DNA of 64,000 nt from Nitrospirota bacterium (GTDB taxonomy: Bacteria > Nitrospirota > Thermodesulfovibrionia > Thermodesulfovibrionales > SM23-35). Made by a program: the position numbers and the translations under genes. The notes beneath the pieces were generated by a model. It saw only the letters and a program-made list of their open reading frames with translations, made no database searches and was not told the DNA's origin. Below are positions 51,300 to 61,687 of this stretch, piece by piece. The first letter of the stretch is position 1. The number at the start of each line of letters is the position of its first letter. The stretch spans positions 7,269 to 71,268 of the forward strand of contig CAWCKM010000022.1 of the NCBI GenBank assembly GCA_963796125.1, read 5' to 3'.

Positions 51300-53479
51300 T
51301 CATTGCCACATCATGGCTTCAAAATCAGGTGTCGGAACAGTAAAGGAAATAAATCCCCTCCATGGACATCTTTCTACTTCTTCACCATTCTTGATGACAC
51401 AAATAAAAATGTTTATTTCATCTCCTTCATGTGCATGCACCATGTTGAAGGGTATTTTTATCTCAAAGATGTCCTGAATTGCAAAATCGGTAATCTCCTT
51501 TGTTTTTCTCCAGACATCGCCATCCTTCTCAAAAAATTCTGCTTTTGAGGATAGGGGTTTCATAGGGACGATAATATTACATAGTGAAGGCTTGAGGATG
51601 AGAATGGAAAATTTCGTATCATCAGGGAACTCGCTGACAGGTATTGCGGTGTCAATACGCAGGAAGAAATTATCCTTATTAAAACCATAAAAAAGTCTTG
51701 ACAACATGCTTTCTGCCCTGTGCATGCTGCCTCCGGTTTTCTTAACATCTATATAAGCGCCCTGATACCATTCGTAATAGCTTGTTACAATGCCGTCGAT
51801 CTTAGGGTCGATAAAACCTCTGATGGTGATTATCGGAGAAATGCCCCTGTCTTCTCTCGGAATCGGGACAAAGAGATGCTGTGGAATTTCCTTTCCCATC
51901 TCTTTATAAACCTTCACAAGATTTAATCTGAATAGTTCATCAAAATCATTCTGTGTCTCTGTTGTGTGTTCATCGCCATACCACCAGTTCCAGTCACTGC
52001 CTTCTGCAACATATATCGATTTCCATGCTTCTGAAATGTTTTTTGAAGGGTTCATTTTCTGAAAGACCTCAAGGTCTTCTCTTGTCTCTGTAAGGTAATC
52101 CCATGCCCTGTTGTCCTCATCGTGACCTATCCAAACCCTGAAGTTTGCATTGATCCATGACCCGGCATGAAGTCTGGGAAGAGGTTCACCCCTGCCATAT
52201 GTACTCAAATATTCTGAGACCGTGACTGGTCTTTAGTCGCTCTTCCCGGGAGAGACCTTCATAGAGATAATGCAGGAAGTCATGACCGTCGTTTTCATAG
52301 TGTTCCCAGGCATTCTCTCCGTCGAGTATGATTGTCAGGAGATGTGGTTTTTCCCTGGACACGGAAGCCTGGGCATGGAGGAATCTGCTGATGAGATCTC
52401 CGGCTGCTTTTTTTGAATCCCATCCTGAATAAACAAAACCGATAAGGTCTGAAAGTTGATGGTCTCTGAAAACGATTGATACATTCTCGAAGGTATGAGG
52501 TTTGTAAAGAATCTCAGGTTCAATGACATTGCCTGGCGCATCCCTGAACCCTTTCCTCAGGGAATTTGACAGGATTTCTTCATCGGTTCCAATCCACTGT
52601 ATTCCTTCTTTGCTTATAATCCTCAGGACTTCTTCACTGACTGAGCCCTCTGAAGGCCACATTCCGGAGGGGCGGTAACCGAAAAGCCCCTCAAAATAAT
52701 CCAGCCCCATCCTGATCTGTTTTTCAGCGTCTTCAGGATGGGAAAATCTCCTCAGGGGAAGTTTTGTATCCGGCATGGCAATTTTTGCGGAATTCGTGTC
52801 GCAGAGCAGAGGAAGTATCGGGTGATAGAACGGTGAGAGGGAGATTTCAATCTGTCCTTTTCCTGCCATCTCTTTATATCCGGGTATTATTTCTCTCAGG
52901 ATCGAGAGTTGCTTCGAGACGAGGAGATGCTTATCTTCCTCTGAATAATCACGTCCTTTTGCAACGAGTGACCTGATGAGAAGGTCTTTTTCTCTCAGCA
53001 GGGGGTCTATCCAGCAGAGGTTGAAGAGAACCTGAAGGTCAAGAAAATCACCGGCGCTGAAATATCTGGTCGTTCTTCCGATGTCACCTTTAACAAGGCG
53101 TAACCCTCTCTTTATGAGGAGCTCGTAGTATCTCGGGAATGGTTTTATCATAGTGTCCCAGTTAGCGAGGAAAAAATTTTCGAGGATGAATGCCTTTTCG
53201 TCTTCATTCAGATCTGACGCCTTCCTGAGGGTAATCACAAGATGTCTGTCAGCAGCGTTCTTATCTGTATAACCCTGAATCTGCTCAAGGAGAGAAGGGA
53301 CAAGATTAAACGTCTGTTTGATATCCGGAAATTCTCTTGAGGATATCTACCATGTCGAGGTAGTCTTTTGTACCATGGAGCCTTACCCATGGGAGCCTGT
53401 ATATGCCGGTCATAGGGTCTCTGTAGAAGGGCTGGTGCATGTGCCAGAGAAAGGCAATGTAAAGCGGTCTATCTGTCAT
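51300..53479 (-). CDS. Glycoside hydrolase family 57 alpha-glucan enzyme (amylase/4-alpha-glucanotransferase-like); about 2 apparent frameshifts
   Basis: N-terminal [21 protein letters not shown]...[12 protein letters not shown] from ATG 53479, then ORFs 52186-53238 and 51300-52208 with [27 protein letters not shown] and [11 protein letters not shown]. Confidence 0.85.
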
Positions 53480-53795
53480 CGTAACGGAAGATATACTCGT
53501 CTGGTCTTGCTAATCCAAATTCTTCTCTTGCATATTTTTCCTTGTAGTAGGGGTCTTCTTTGAGTGACTTTACCTCGGAACTGAGGACCAAGTTTTCTTT
53601 TTCAATCTCATTAATCTGTCTTTCGAGAAAAACCTTTTTTTTGTTGAGCTCGGAATACTTCAGGAGACCCATGTCACCGAAAATGAAACTTACCAGAATG
53701 TATGTGAAACTCAGGAACACAACAGTAAGGAATATGATCCTTCTCCTTCTGCTTTCCAACATAACCTGTTTCCGTAAAAGGTTCGTTTCTGCCAT
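53469..53795 (-). CDS. ftsB: Septum formation initiator FtsB/DivIC family protein
   Basis: N-terminal TM helix, a coiled coil, and the C-terminal [20 protein letters not shown] signature. The stop overlaps the GH57 start by 11 nt. Confidence 0.75.
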   Translation of the reverse strand: MAETNLLRKQVMLESRRRRIIFLTVVFLSFTYILVSFIFGDMGLLKYSELNKKKVFLERQINEIEKENLVLSSEVKSLKEDPYYKEKYAREEFGLARPDEYIFRYDDR

Positions 53796-54065
53796 TACCT
53801 TATCCCTGTACTATTTGCTTCTTCAGACATTCCTGTTAGAACTTGAAACAAGCTTCCTTTTCATTCCCTCTCCTGCAAAATCTTCTTTCCTATTCCCCTC
53901 TTTGGCAAAGAGGGGTTAGGGGAGATTTGTATCTATTAGTAAAGATTTCCATATCTGTTTCCAATACTGCTCCGATATTCTCAAAGATTTCCTATCTGAC
54001 ACAATCTATCATGGGAAGCATTCACTTATCATATTTCCATATCCCTGCTTTTCCAGAGGGGTATC

Positions 54066-55478
54066 TCAATACAGTTCCCTGTAATAGCATATCACTTTTT
54101 TAGGAACATGAATCGCTTCACCGTGTACATCCTCTGCTGCTTCCATCATTCCCTCTGAAAGGGTAGGGTGAGAATGGATTGTTTCAGCAATGTCCCTTGT
54201 CCTGAGACCCGTTTTTATAGCAAGGGCTGCCTCATGAATGAGGTCTGAGGCATGAGGTCCGATAATCTGCACGCCGAGTACTCTGTCAGATGTCTCGTCA
54301 GAAACAATCTTGAAAAACCCCGTGATCTCACCTATTACATGAGCCTTGCCTATGGCCCTGAACTGAAAGTGGCCTGTTTTAACCTTAATTCCCTTCTCTA
54401 TGGCCTGCTGTTCTTTGAGGCCGACAGACGCAATTTCCGGAGATGTAAAGATGGTAGAGGGGACAACGCTGTAGTCCATCTTTTCATCTGCGCCTGCAAT
54501 ATTCCTTGCAGCGACTATCCCTTCACGTGAAGCAACATGTGCATAGAGCAGGCCGCCTGTGACATCGCCAATGGCAAATATACCACCTATGTTTGTTTCC
54601 ATCTTTTCATTGACCGTGATCTCTCCCTTCGGTCCTTTCTGAATCCCTGCTGTTTCGAGACCAATTCCATCCGAATTGAGCGCCCTGCCTACAGAGACGA
54701 GTAATTTTTCAGCGACAAGCTCCTTGCCTCCTTCGAGATATACATGAATTCCGTCAAGTTGACCTTGTACCCCTGTTACCTTTATTCCTGTCATCAGTTT
54801 TATCTTTTTCTTCTTCAGTTCTCTCTCGAGGATTTCGGATATCTCAGGGTCTTCAGTAGACAGGGCCCGCGGCATGATCTCCAGCATGGTGATATCCGTA
54901 CCGAGTTCACTGAAAATGAATGCGAATTCACAACCGATAACGCCGGCGCCAATAATGATAAGAGTCCTGGGAATAGATTTTATGTTTAAGGCGTCATCGC
55001 TCGAAAGAATATGTTCCCCGTCAAAGGGAAACAGGGGTAACTGTGCAGGTCTTGAGCCGGTAGCAATAATTATTTTATCGGCCCCTATGATATCTGTTGA
55101 GCCGTCTTTTTTCTGGACTTCTATCTTATCAGGACTGATGACCATGCCCCTTCCTTCAATCAGCGTTATCCCCCAGCTCTTAAATAAGGAGCGGATTCCC
55201 CTGACCTGTGTTGAGACAACCTTGTTTTTTCTGTCCATGATTTTGGAGAGATTTGGCGTGATCTGTCCTGAGATGTCAATGCCGAACTCCCCGCTGTTCT
55301 TCGTTTTATGCAAGAGTTCGGTTGTAGCCAGTAATGTCTTGGTAGGTATACAGCCTTTATTAAGACAGGTGCCCCCGACCTCTGTATCTTCTATGACAGT
55401 GACCTGTGCTCCGAGTTGGGCAGACTTAATAGCGGCGACATATCCTCCGGGACCGGCACCAAGAATGGCCAGTTTCAT
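54066..55478 (-). CDS. lpdA: Dihydrolipoyl dehydrogenase
   Basis: ILGAGPGGYVAA, the GGTCLNKGCIPTK redox disulfide, and C-terminal HSHPTLSE. Confidence 0.9.
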   Translation of the reverse strand: MKLAILGAGPGGYVAAIKSAQLGAQVTVIEDTEVGGTCLNKGCIPTKTLLATTELLHKTKNSGEFGIDISGQITPNLSKIMDRKNKVVSTQVRGIRSLFKSWGITLIEGRGMVISPDKIEVQKKDGSTDIIGADKIIIATGSRPAQLPLFPFDGEHILSSDDALNIKSIPRTLIIIGAGVIGCEFAFIFSELGTDITMLEIMPRALSTEDPEISEILERELKKKKIKLMTGIKVTGVQGQLDGIHVYLEGGKELVAEKLLVSVGRALNSDGIGLETAGIQKGPKGEITVNEKMETNIGGIFAIGDVTGGLLYAHVASREGIVAARNIAGADEKMDYSVVPSTIFTSPEIASVGLKEQQAIEKGIKVKTGHFQFRAIGKAHVIGEITGFFKIVSDETSDRVLGVQIIGPHASDLIHEAALAIKTGLRTRDIAETIHSHPTLSEGMMEAAEDVHGEAIHVPKKVICYYRELY

Positions 55479-55861
55479 TTTTTCTCCTCTTCAACATATT
55501 TTTCATATTCAGAGGCGTCCATCAGATCATTCACTTCAGCAACGTCATCAATCTCGACGACGGCTATCCAGCCTTTACCGTATGGCTCTTCGTTGATAGT
55601 CTCAGGCGTTTCTGTGAGGTCTTCGTTTACCTCAATAACCCTTCCACTTAAAGGAGAGATTATGGATGAAGTTGCTTTTGTTGATTCTATTTCACCAATC
55701 TCGCTGTTGATCTCAATATTGGCATCTACTTCCGGAAGATCAATGTAGACGATATCGCCAAGCGCATTTTGTGCGTAGTCAGTTATGCCTATTGTTGCCT
55801 TTTTCCCTGAAACCTTGGCCCAGGTATGTTCTTTATGATACTTGAGATCCTCTGGATTCAT
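55475..55861 (-). CDS. gcvH: Glycine cleavage system H protein (lipoyl carrier)
   Basis: YHKEHTWA, GITDYAQ and the IESTKA lipoyl-lysine motif. The stop overlaps the lpdA start. Confidence 0.9.
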   Translation of the reverse strand: MNPEDLKYHKEHTWAKVSGKKATIGITDYAQNALGDIVYIDLPEVDANIEINSEIGEIESTKATSSIISPLSGRVIEVNEDLTETPETINEEPYGKGWIAVVEIDDVAEVNDLMDASEYEKYVEEEKK

Positions 55862-55902
55862 GCATTCCTCCTTTTAAAACATTATAAGCCTGTAATTTCA
55901 TA

Positions 55903-58513
55903 TCATGCGCTTTTCTTTTTTGTCAAGGAAATAGAATATGAGTCAACCTTTTTTTTCAACTCAATAAGTTTTTCGAGCGCCTCTTCGGGTTTCAGCGCCG
56001 TAATATCAAGGTTCATGATTTCTGATACGATTGAGTCAGGCATGGAAGAAAAAAGGTCGAGCTGGACAGTGCTCCTTTTTGTTTTCCTGTGCGCAAATTT
56101 CGGGCTTCCCGTCACATCAAGCTCCTCTTTTTCTAAGTTGGCCAGAACCTCTTTTGACCTGTTTATGATAATTTCAGAGATGCCGGCTAAGCGTGCGACC
56201 TGGATTCCGTAACTCTTGTCTGATGGTCCTTTTTCTATCTTCCTGAGAAAAATGATCTCGTCACCCCACTCTTTCACAGATACATTATAGTTTTTTACCC
56301 CGTTGTGGGTAAGACTGAGTTCCGTGAGCTCATTGTAATGTGTTGCAAAGAGAGTCCTTGCCTGTATATCGTTCAGAATATATTCTGCAACTGCCCATGC
56401 AATGCTGATACCGTCAAAGGTGCTTGTGCCTCTCCCAACTTCATCAAGGAGTATGAGACTTTTTCCCGTTGCATTATGGGTGATATTTGCCACTTCTATC
56501 ATTTCTACCATGAAAGTGCTCTGACCTTTCGTAAGAAAATCCGATGCCCCGATCCTTGTGAATATTCTGTCGGCAATACCGATTCTCGCATCAGAGGCCG
56601 GAACGAAACTGCCGATCTGTGCCATGAGGACAATGAGAGCGACCTGTCTCATGTAAGTGGATTTCCCTGCCATATTCGGTCCCGTAATAATGAGAAGCCG
56701 GTTATCTTCTGTATCGATATACGTGCTGTTGGGTATGAACTTTTCATCTGATGAAATTCTTTCGAGGACCGGATGTCTCCCCTCGGTAATCTCTATAACA
56801 CCTGATTCATCAACTACAGGTTTTACATAGGTATATCGTTTAGCTGTAACAGCAAGAGAGGAGAGGAAATCAATGATGGCTATGGCATGGGCTGTTTTTG
56901 ACAAAAGGGATGACTCTTTACTGACTTCGTCAAGTATTTTCTGGAAGATTTGGTATTCCAGATTTTTCAGCTTCTCTTCTGCGCCGAGTATTTTGCTCTC
57001 GTATTCCTTGAGTTCAGGCGTTATGAACCTCTCTCCACCCACGAGGGTCTGTTTCCGTATGTAATCGTCAGGAACCATATGGAGGTTTGCTTTTGTTACC
57101 TCAATATAGTATCCAAAGACTCTGTTATACCCAACCCGCAGGGAAGATATGCCTGTTCTGTTTTTTTCTTTCAGCTCCAGTTCTGAAAGGAAACCCTTTC
57201 CTTTCGAGGATATCTTTCTGAGGTCGTCTACTTCAATGCTGTATCCGTCCCTGATAATGCCTCCTTCACGCAGGCTTACCGGAGGATTATCAATAATCCC
57301 TTTCTCTATGAGTTTTCTCAGGTCTGAGAATTCCGAGATATTTTCTGAGATTAATCGTACGTGGAGGTTTTTGGAAACACTGAGAGACTTCCTGATTTTC
57401 GGAAGGTTTGTAAGGGAATGTTTGATCCCGATAAGGTCTCTTGCGTGTTGCACTTTTGAAAACAACCCTTGAAGAGAGCCTTTCGATGTCCTGTATTTTT
57501 CGCAGAGATGTCCTGAGCTCTTCAAGCAGTTCATAGTCCTCTATAAGATATTCAACTGCATCCTGCCTCTTTTTTATTTCTTCTCTGTCAATAAGCGGTT
57601 TTAAGAGTGAGGCTCTCAGGAACCTTCCTCCCATCGGGGTGAGCGTTTCGTCGAGAACCCAGAGGAGGGTGCCTTCAGATGAACCGTCCTTGAGGGTATG
57701 GGTAAGTTCAAGATTCCGCTGTGTTGCTGCATCGAGAAACATGTATGAGTCCTGCCTCAGGGTACTTATCTTTCTGAGAATGAATGTCTCTTTCTGAGTA
57801 TCCTCAAGATAGCTGACGAGGGCTCCTGCAGCAGAGATTGCAGCAACCATACCGTCACATCCATAGCCCTCAAGGGAAGAGACCTTCAGATGACGCAAGA
57901 GGGTCTTATATGCATCGGCATAATCGAAATACCAATCTTCATGAAAAGATGTAAAGAATGTATTCAGCGCTTCTTTATAATGGATATTATCCCTGAGACT
58001 CTGGGGCATCAGAATCTCTCTCGGTTCGAACCGGTACAGTTCATCCTCGATATTTTCAGATGTCTCATAGAGGATGAACTCACCTGTCGAGATATCTGCA
58101 ACTGCTATACCGTGTTGATCAGCTGAAGGAAAGATGCTTATGATGTAAGTGTTTTCCTTGGGATTTTCCGGTGTGTGTGTTCCGGGTGTAATTACTTTGA
58201 TGACATCCCTGTGAACAATGCCTTTTGCTTCCCTGGGGTCCTCCAACTGCTCGCAAATAGCCACCTTGTATCCTGCCTTAATGAGTTTAGAAATATAAGA
58301 TTCTGAAGCAAAGTAAGGGACGCCGCACATGGGTATCGGCTCTTCTTTTGATTTTTCTCTTGTTGTGAGCGCTATCTGAAGAATCTTCGATGCTGTTTCT
58401 GCATCCTCTCCGAACATTTCGTAAAAGTCACCGAGTCTGAAGAGAAGGATGGCGTCTTTGTGTTTTTCTTTGACGCTGAAGTATTGTTTCATCAACGGTG
58501 TCAACTCTGTCAT
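55903..58513 (-). CDS. mutS: DNA mismatch repair protein MutS; apparent frameshift near 57445
   Basis: N-terminal TPLMKQYF..K....DAILLFRLGDFYEMF (ORF 57290-58513). The C-terminal ORF 55903-57534 has the Walker A GPNMAGKST and the LLDEVGRGTST and THY motifs. Confidence 0.95.
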
Positions 58514-58587
58514 ATCAACTATTCTTTTCCAATTCAGTTACTAAAAAGGATTTAAGGATTACTAACACGGTCATTAGTATCACCCTC

Positions 58588-58675
58588 CCCTTCATCCCCT
58601 CCCATCAAGAGAGGGGAGATAATTAAGCCCCTCTCCCCTGGAGGGAGAGGGCAAGGGTGAGGGGGTGTGGTTTTA
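58588..58675. repeat. G-rich palindromic repeat (family also at about 42055-42195 and 42619-42735)
   Basis: Sequence ccctccccttcatcccctcccatcaagagaggggag...cccctctcccctggagggagagggcaagggtgagggggtgtggttttact. It shares its tail ggtgtggttttact with the 42.17-kb copy. Confidence 0.55.
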
Positions 58676-58949
58676 CTTATGAACTCCTTAGTAAGTCGTG
58701 ATGAGTGATGTGCGTAACTCTTCAACTCAATACCCTTAACAAATTACACATTAGGGCTTTTGACTCCTTGATCGCCGGAATCCTCATGATCTTATTTACC
58801 TTATCGGAAATGATCATCAATTATTTAATAATATTGGACATCTAAAAGCAATCCCGTTTATAAATCATGTCTGAAATTTTTTCTTTCAAAGTAAATTCTC
58901 TTTCTGTTAGAATCTGAAAACGTATTCTTGCTGACAGTGGGGGTCTGTT

Positions 58950-59126
58950 ATGCAGATAAAAACTGCATCATTCAATTGTCATTTAACTGCCCGTGAGCCA
59001 TTTATCCTTCCTGCCTATAAAGGCTCTACCCTGAGGGAAGAATTCGGATATGCCTTCAATCGTGTTGTCCGTGCGATTCCCTCGCTACCCTCAACCCAAT
59101 TCAATGAGCTTGGCATTCAGATATGA
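58950..59126 (+). pseudogene. cas6: Truncated cas6 5-prime fragment (about 45 homologous codons)
   Basis: MQIKTASFNCHLTAREPFILPAYKGSTLREEFGYAFNRVV parallels the start of the cas6 gene at 59950 (about 80 percent nt identity by eye, including about 60 bp upstream). It then diverges to a stop. Confidence 0.6.
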
Positions 59127-59204
59127 TGATTGAGAAGAAAGAGATATGGATAAATTGTAAGGATTATTATATAATGTAAGAAATATTATAAATAGGAGGA
59201 TAAA

Positions 59205-59468
59205 ATGCCTGTTGCAGTACTAACATCAAAAGGTCAGATGACAATACCAAAGGAGGTAAGGAAAGCTTTAAACCTGAAGCCGTCGGACAAGGTGATCATA
59301 ACTGTTGAAGGAAGGGAGGCTGTCATTAAACCTCTTAGAGGTAATATCCTTGACATAGGAGGCTCTATAAAGATATCTGAAAAAGAAAAACCCGTGGATT
59401 TTCACCGGGTCAGAGAAGAGGTTAAAAAAAGAGTTGTTAAGAAGACAGCTACAGGAAGTAAGATATGA
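59205..59468 (+). CDS. vapB: AbrB/SpoVT-family antitoxin (VapB-like)
   Basis: KGQMTIPKEVRKALNLKPSDKVI is a swapped-hairpin motif. The ATGA stop overlaps the start of the PIN gene. Confidence 0.8.
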   Translation: MPVAVLTSKGQMTIPKEVRKALNLKPSDKVIITVEGREAVIKPLRGNILDIGGSIKISEKEKPVDFHRVREEVKKRVVKKTATGSKI

Positions 59469-59872
59469 AGGAAGCGTTTATTGATACAAATATTTTCCTC
59501 CGATACCTCACCAAGGATGATCCTTCAAAATACGATAAATGCAGAGAAATATTTAAAAAGGGTGTTGAAGGTAAGATAGAACTTGCAACATCCGGAATTG
59601 TAATTGCGGAACTGATATGGACACTTTTATCCTATTATAAGGTGCAAAAAGCCGATGTCATTGATAAAATCTTCATCTTGGTCAGTACAGATAACCTGTA
59701 TATCCCTGACAAAGATATCATTACAGATGCCCTTGTCCTTTACAGCAGAAAAAACATTGACTACATTGATGCCTATAACGCCGTCTTCATGAGACGTTAC
59801 GGTTTTGAGGAGATTTACTCGTATGACGAAGACTTTGACGCAGTTGAAAATATTAAAAGAGCTGAACCATGA
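59465..59872 (+). CDS. vapC: PIN-domain toxin VapC
   Basis: AFIDTNIFLRYL (first acidic residue), with D..DA and YSYDEDFD near the C-terminus. 135 aa. Confidence 0.85.
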   Translation: MKEAFIDTNIFLRYLTKDDPSKYDKCREIFKKGVEGKIELATSGIVIAELIWTLLSYYKVQKADVIDKIFILVSTDNLYIPDKDIITDALVLYSRKNIDYIDAYNAVFMRRYGFEEIYSYDEDFDAVENIKRAEP

Positions 59873-60315
59873 ATAATGTTACCTTTTAATTAAAACCTTT
59901 TCTGTTAGAATTTGCTAAACCTTTTTTCCACTGGCAGTTGGGAGCTGTCATGCAGATTAAAACTGGTTCATTTAGCTTTAATGTAAAGGCATTGGAGCCT
60001 ATCATCCTTCCTCCCTATAAAGGCTCAACTCTAAGAGTAGGATTCGGATATGCCTTCAAGCGGGTTGTCTGCGCAATCAGGGACAAAGAATGTCCGAATT
60101 GTCTGCTTAAAGAGAAGTGCGTTTATTCCTATGTCTTTGAGACTCCTCCACCTTCAGATACAAAAATCATGCGGAAATACAAGAGTGCTCCTCATCCCTT
60201 TGTTATCGAACCGCCATCTGAACGACGACGAGGATATAAACCGGGAGATGAGATAAATTTCGGTCTCATCTTGATAGGCAGAGCAATAGATTATTTACCC
60301 TATTCCATTTATTAT

Positions 60316-60931
60316 GAGATAAAACCACTACCTCTGGTAGTGGTCCAGTAAAGCGGTTTAACCGTAAAAGTAATTAAAATGAACCTCCCTGAAAGGTACC
60401 AAGGGAAGGGAGGTTCAAATGAGTAGATTTAAGAAACTATCACATACGATATATGAATGTAAATATCATGTGGTAATCTGCCCGAAATATTGGCACAGGA
60501 TATTCAAGGGAGAGATAGGAGAGTATGCGAGGCAGGAGATATATGTATTATGTAAGCAGAAGGAGTTATTGGAGGTGCTGGAGTTAAGTATACAGGAAGA
60601 CCATATACATCTTGTGATGTCAATGCCTCCGAAATATGCATTTTCGGAAATAATGGGGTATGTGAAGGGGAAATTATCGCTGAGATTGTTTCAGAGGTAT
60701 GAGAGAGTAGGGAAAAGATATTGGGGTCGGCATCTATGGTCACGTGGATATTGTGTAAGCACAGTGGGACTGACAGAGGAGCTAATAAGAAGATATGTGA
60801 AACACCAGGAGAAAATGGATAAGCAAATAGAAGGACAGCAGAAAGGCTTATTCAAGTAATAACGACAAACACGATGGTACCTTTCAGGACTATATTTTCA
60901 AGCCACCGCCTCTGGCGGTGGGTAGTTGACT
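60316..60931 (+). mobile_element. IS200/IS605-family element (tnpA only) inserted in cas6; boundaries approximate
   Basis: Subterminal hairpins are accactacc-tct-ggtagtggt (60324-60344) and ccaccgcc-tct-ggcggtgg (60903-60921). The cas6 reading frame is interrupted exactly here. Confidence 0.75.
60419..60859 (+). CDS. tnpA: IS200/IS605-family Y1 transposase TnpA
   Basis: YECKYHVVICPKYW, the HUH motif DHIHLVMSMPP, and catalytic Tyr region WSRGYCVSTVG. 146 aa. Confidence 0.9.
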   Translation: MSRFKKLSHTIYECKYHVVICPKYWHRIFKGEIGEYARQEIYVLCKQKELLEVLELSIQEDHIHLVMSMPPKYAFSEIMGYVKGKLSLRLFQRYERVGKRYWGRHLWSRGYCVSTVGLTEELIRRYVKHQEKMDKQIEGQQKGLFK

Positions 60932-61082
60932 CCTTTGATGAACTTGGAAGGATAGGGATAGGTAAGGGCAAAGCCAAAATATGAATTGAAGGATGTTTGT
61001 TGCGACGGACAACATATTTATGACTCCAAAAGCAAAACCCTAAAATCCTTCAGCCCTTCGATTATATCGCTTCCCTTTGGCC

Positions 61083-61232
61083 CTGAGACTGAAACTCCCC
61101 CTTAACATGGGGGGACAAAGAGGGGTTATCAAACAATTCTCCTTTGGAAAACTCGTTCTCCAAGTACCCCACTTTGGCAAAGTTCTCTCCAAATTACCCC
61201 ACTTTGGAAAAGGGGGGTAAGGGGGGATTCAT
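61083..61232. repeat. G-rich composite repeat inserted within cas6
   Basis: Sequence ggggggacaaagaggggtt...taccccactttggcaaag...taccccactttggaaaaggggggtaaggggggattc. It is the same family as the repeats at 13501, 37407 and 53892. Confidence 0.55.
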
Positions 61233-61687
61233 GAAGACTTAATTTGACTCTTGATTTCCTTACCCCTACAAGAATTTTATATGAAAGCCATCTCACTTTC
61301 TCACCTCGAATTTCATATCCTTATAAGAAATTCCTGAGGAGACTTTCTCTCCTCTATTATTTTCACTGCGGTGGAGATCCATCTGAATGGGATTTCAAGG
61401 GAATCATAGAAATTGCTAAGGACGTGAAGGTAAAAAACAGGCCTTGACGTGGTATGACTGGGAGAGGTATTCGACAAGGCAGGATGTAAGAATGAGATGT
61501 GGATTTGTGGGAAATATAAGTTTTGAAGGGAATATTGAACCATTCATGCAACTTATCAAGGCAGGGGAGATTCTGCATGTGGGCAAGGGTACAGCTTTTG
61601 GACTGGGGAAATACAGGATAGAGTAGGAAATGTTGTCGAGATATTGTTTTTCTTGAGTAAAGCGATAAGAGATACCATAATTACGTT

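Larger units (their letters stand above)
59950..61626 (+). pseudogene. cas6: Cas6-family RAMP endoribonuclease gene disrupted by an IS200/IS605 element, a G-rich repeat insertion and frameshifts
   Basis: N-terminal KGSTLRVGFGYAFKRVVC...C.NC....KC.YSYVFE. It resumes after the IS as FDELGRIGIGKGKAKYEL. The C-terminus is LDFLTPTRI...GFVGNISFEG...LIKAGEILHVGKGTAFGLGKYRIE (glycine-rich loop). Confidence 0.75.

Noticed and set aside
54874-55596. 240-aa plus-strand ORF.
   Set aside because: It is entirely antisense to lpdA and gcvH, which have unambiguous motifs. It is a Ser/Pro-rich shadow ORF.
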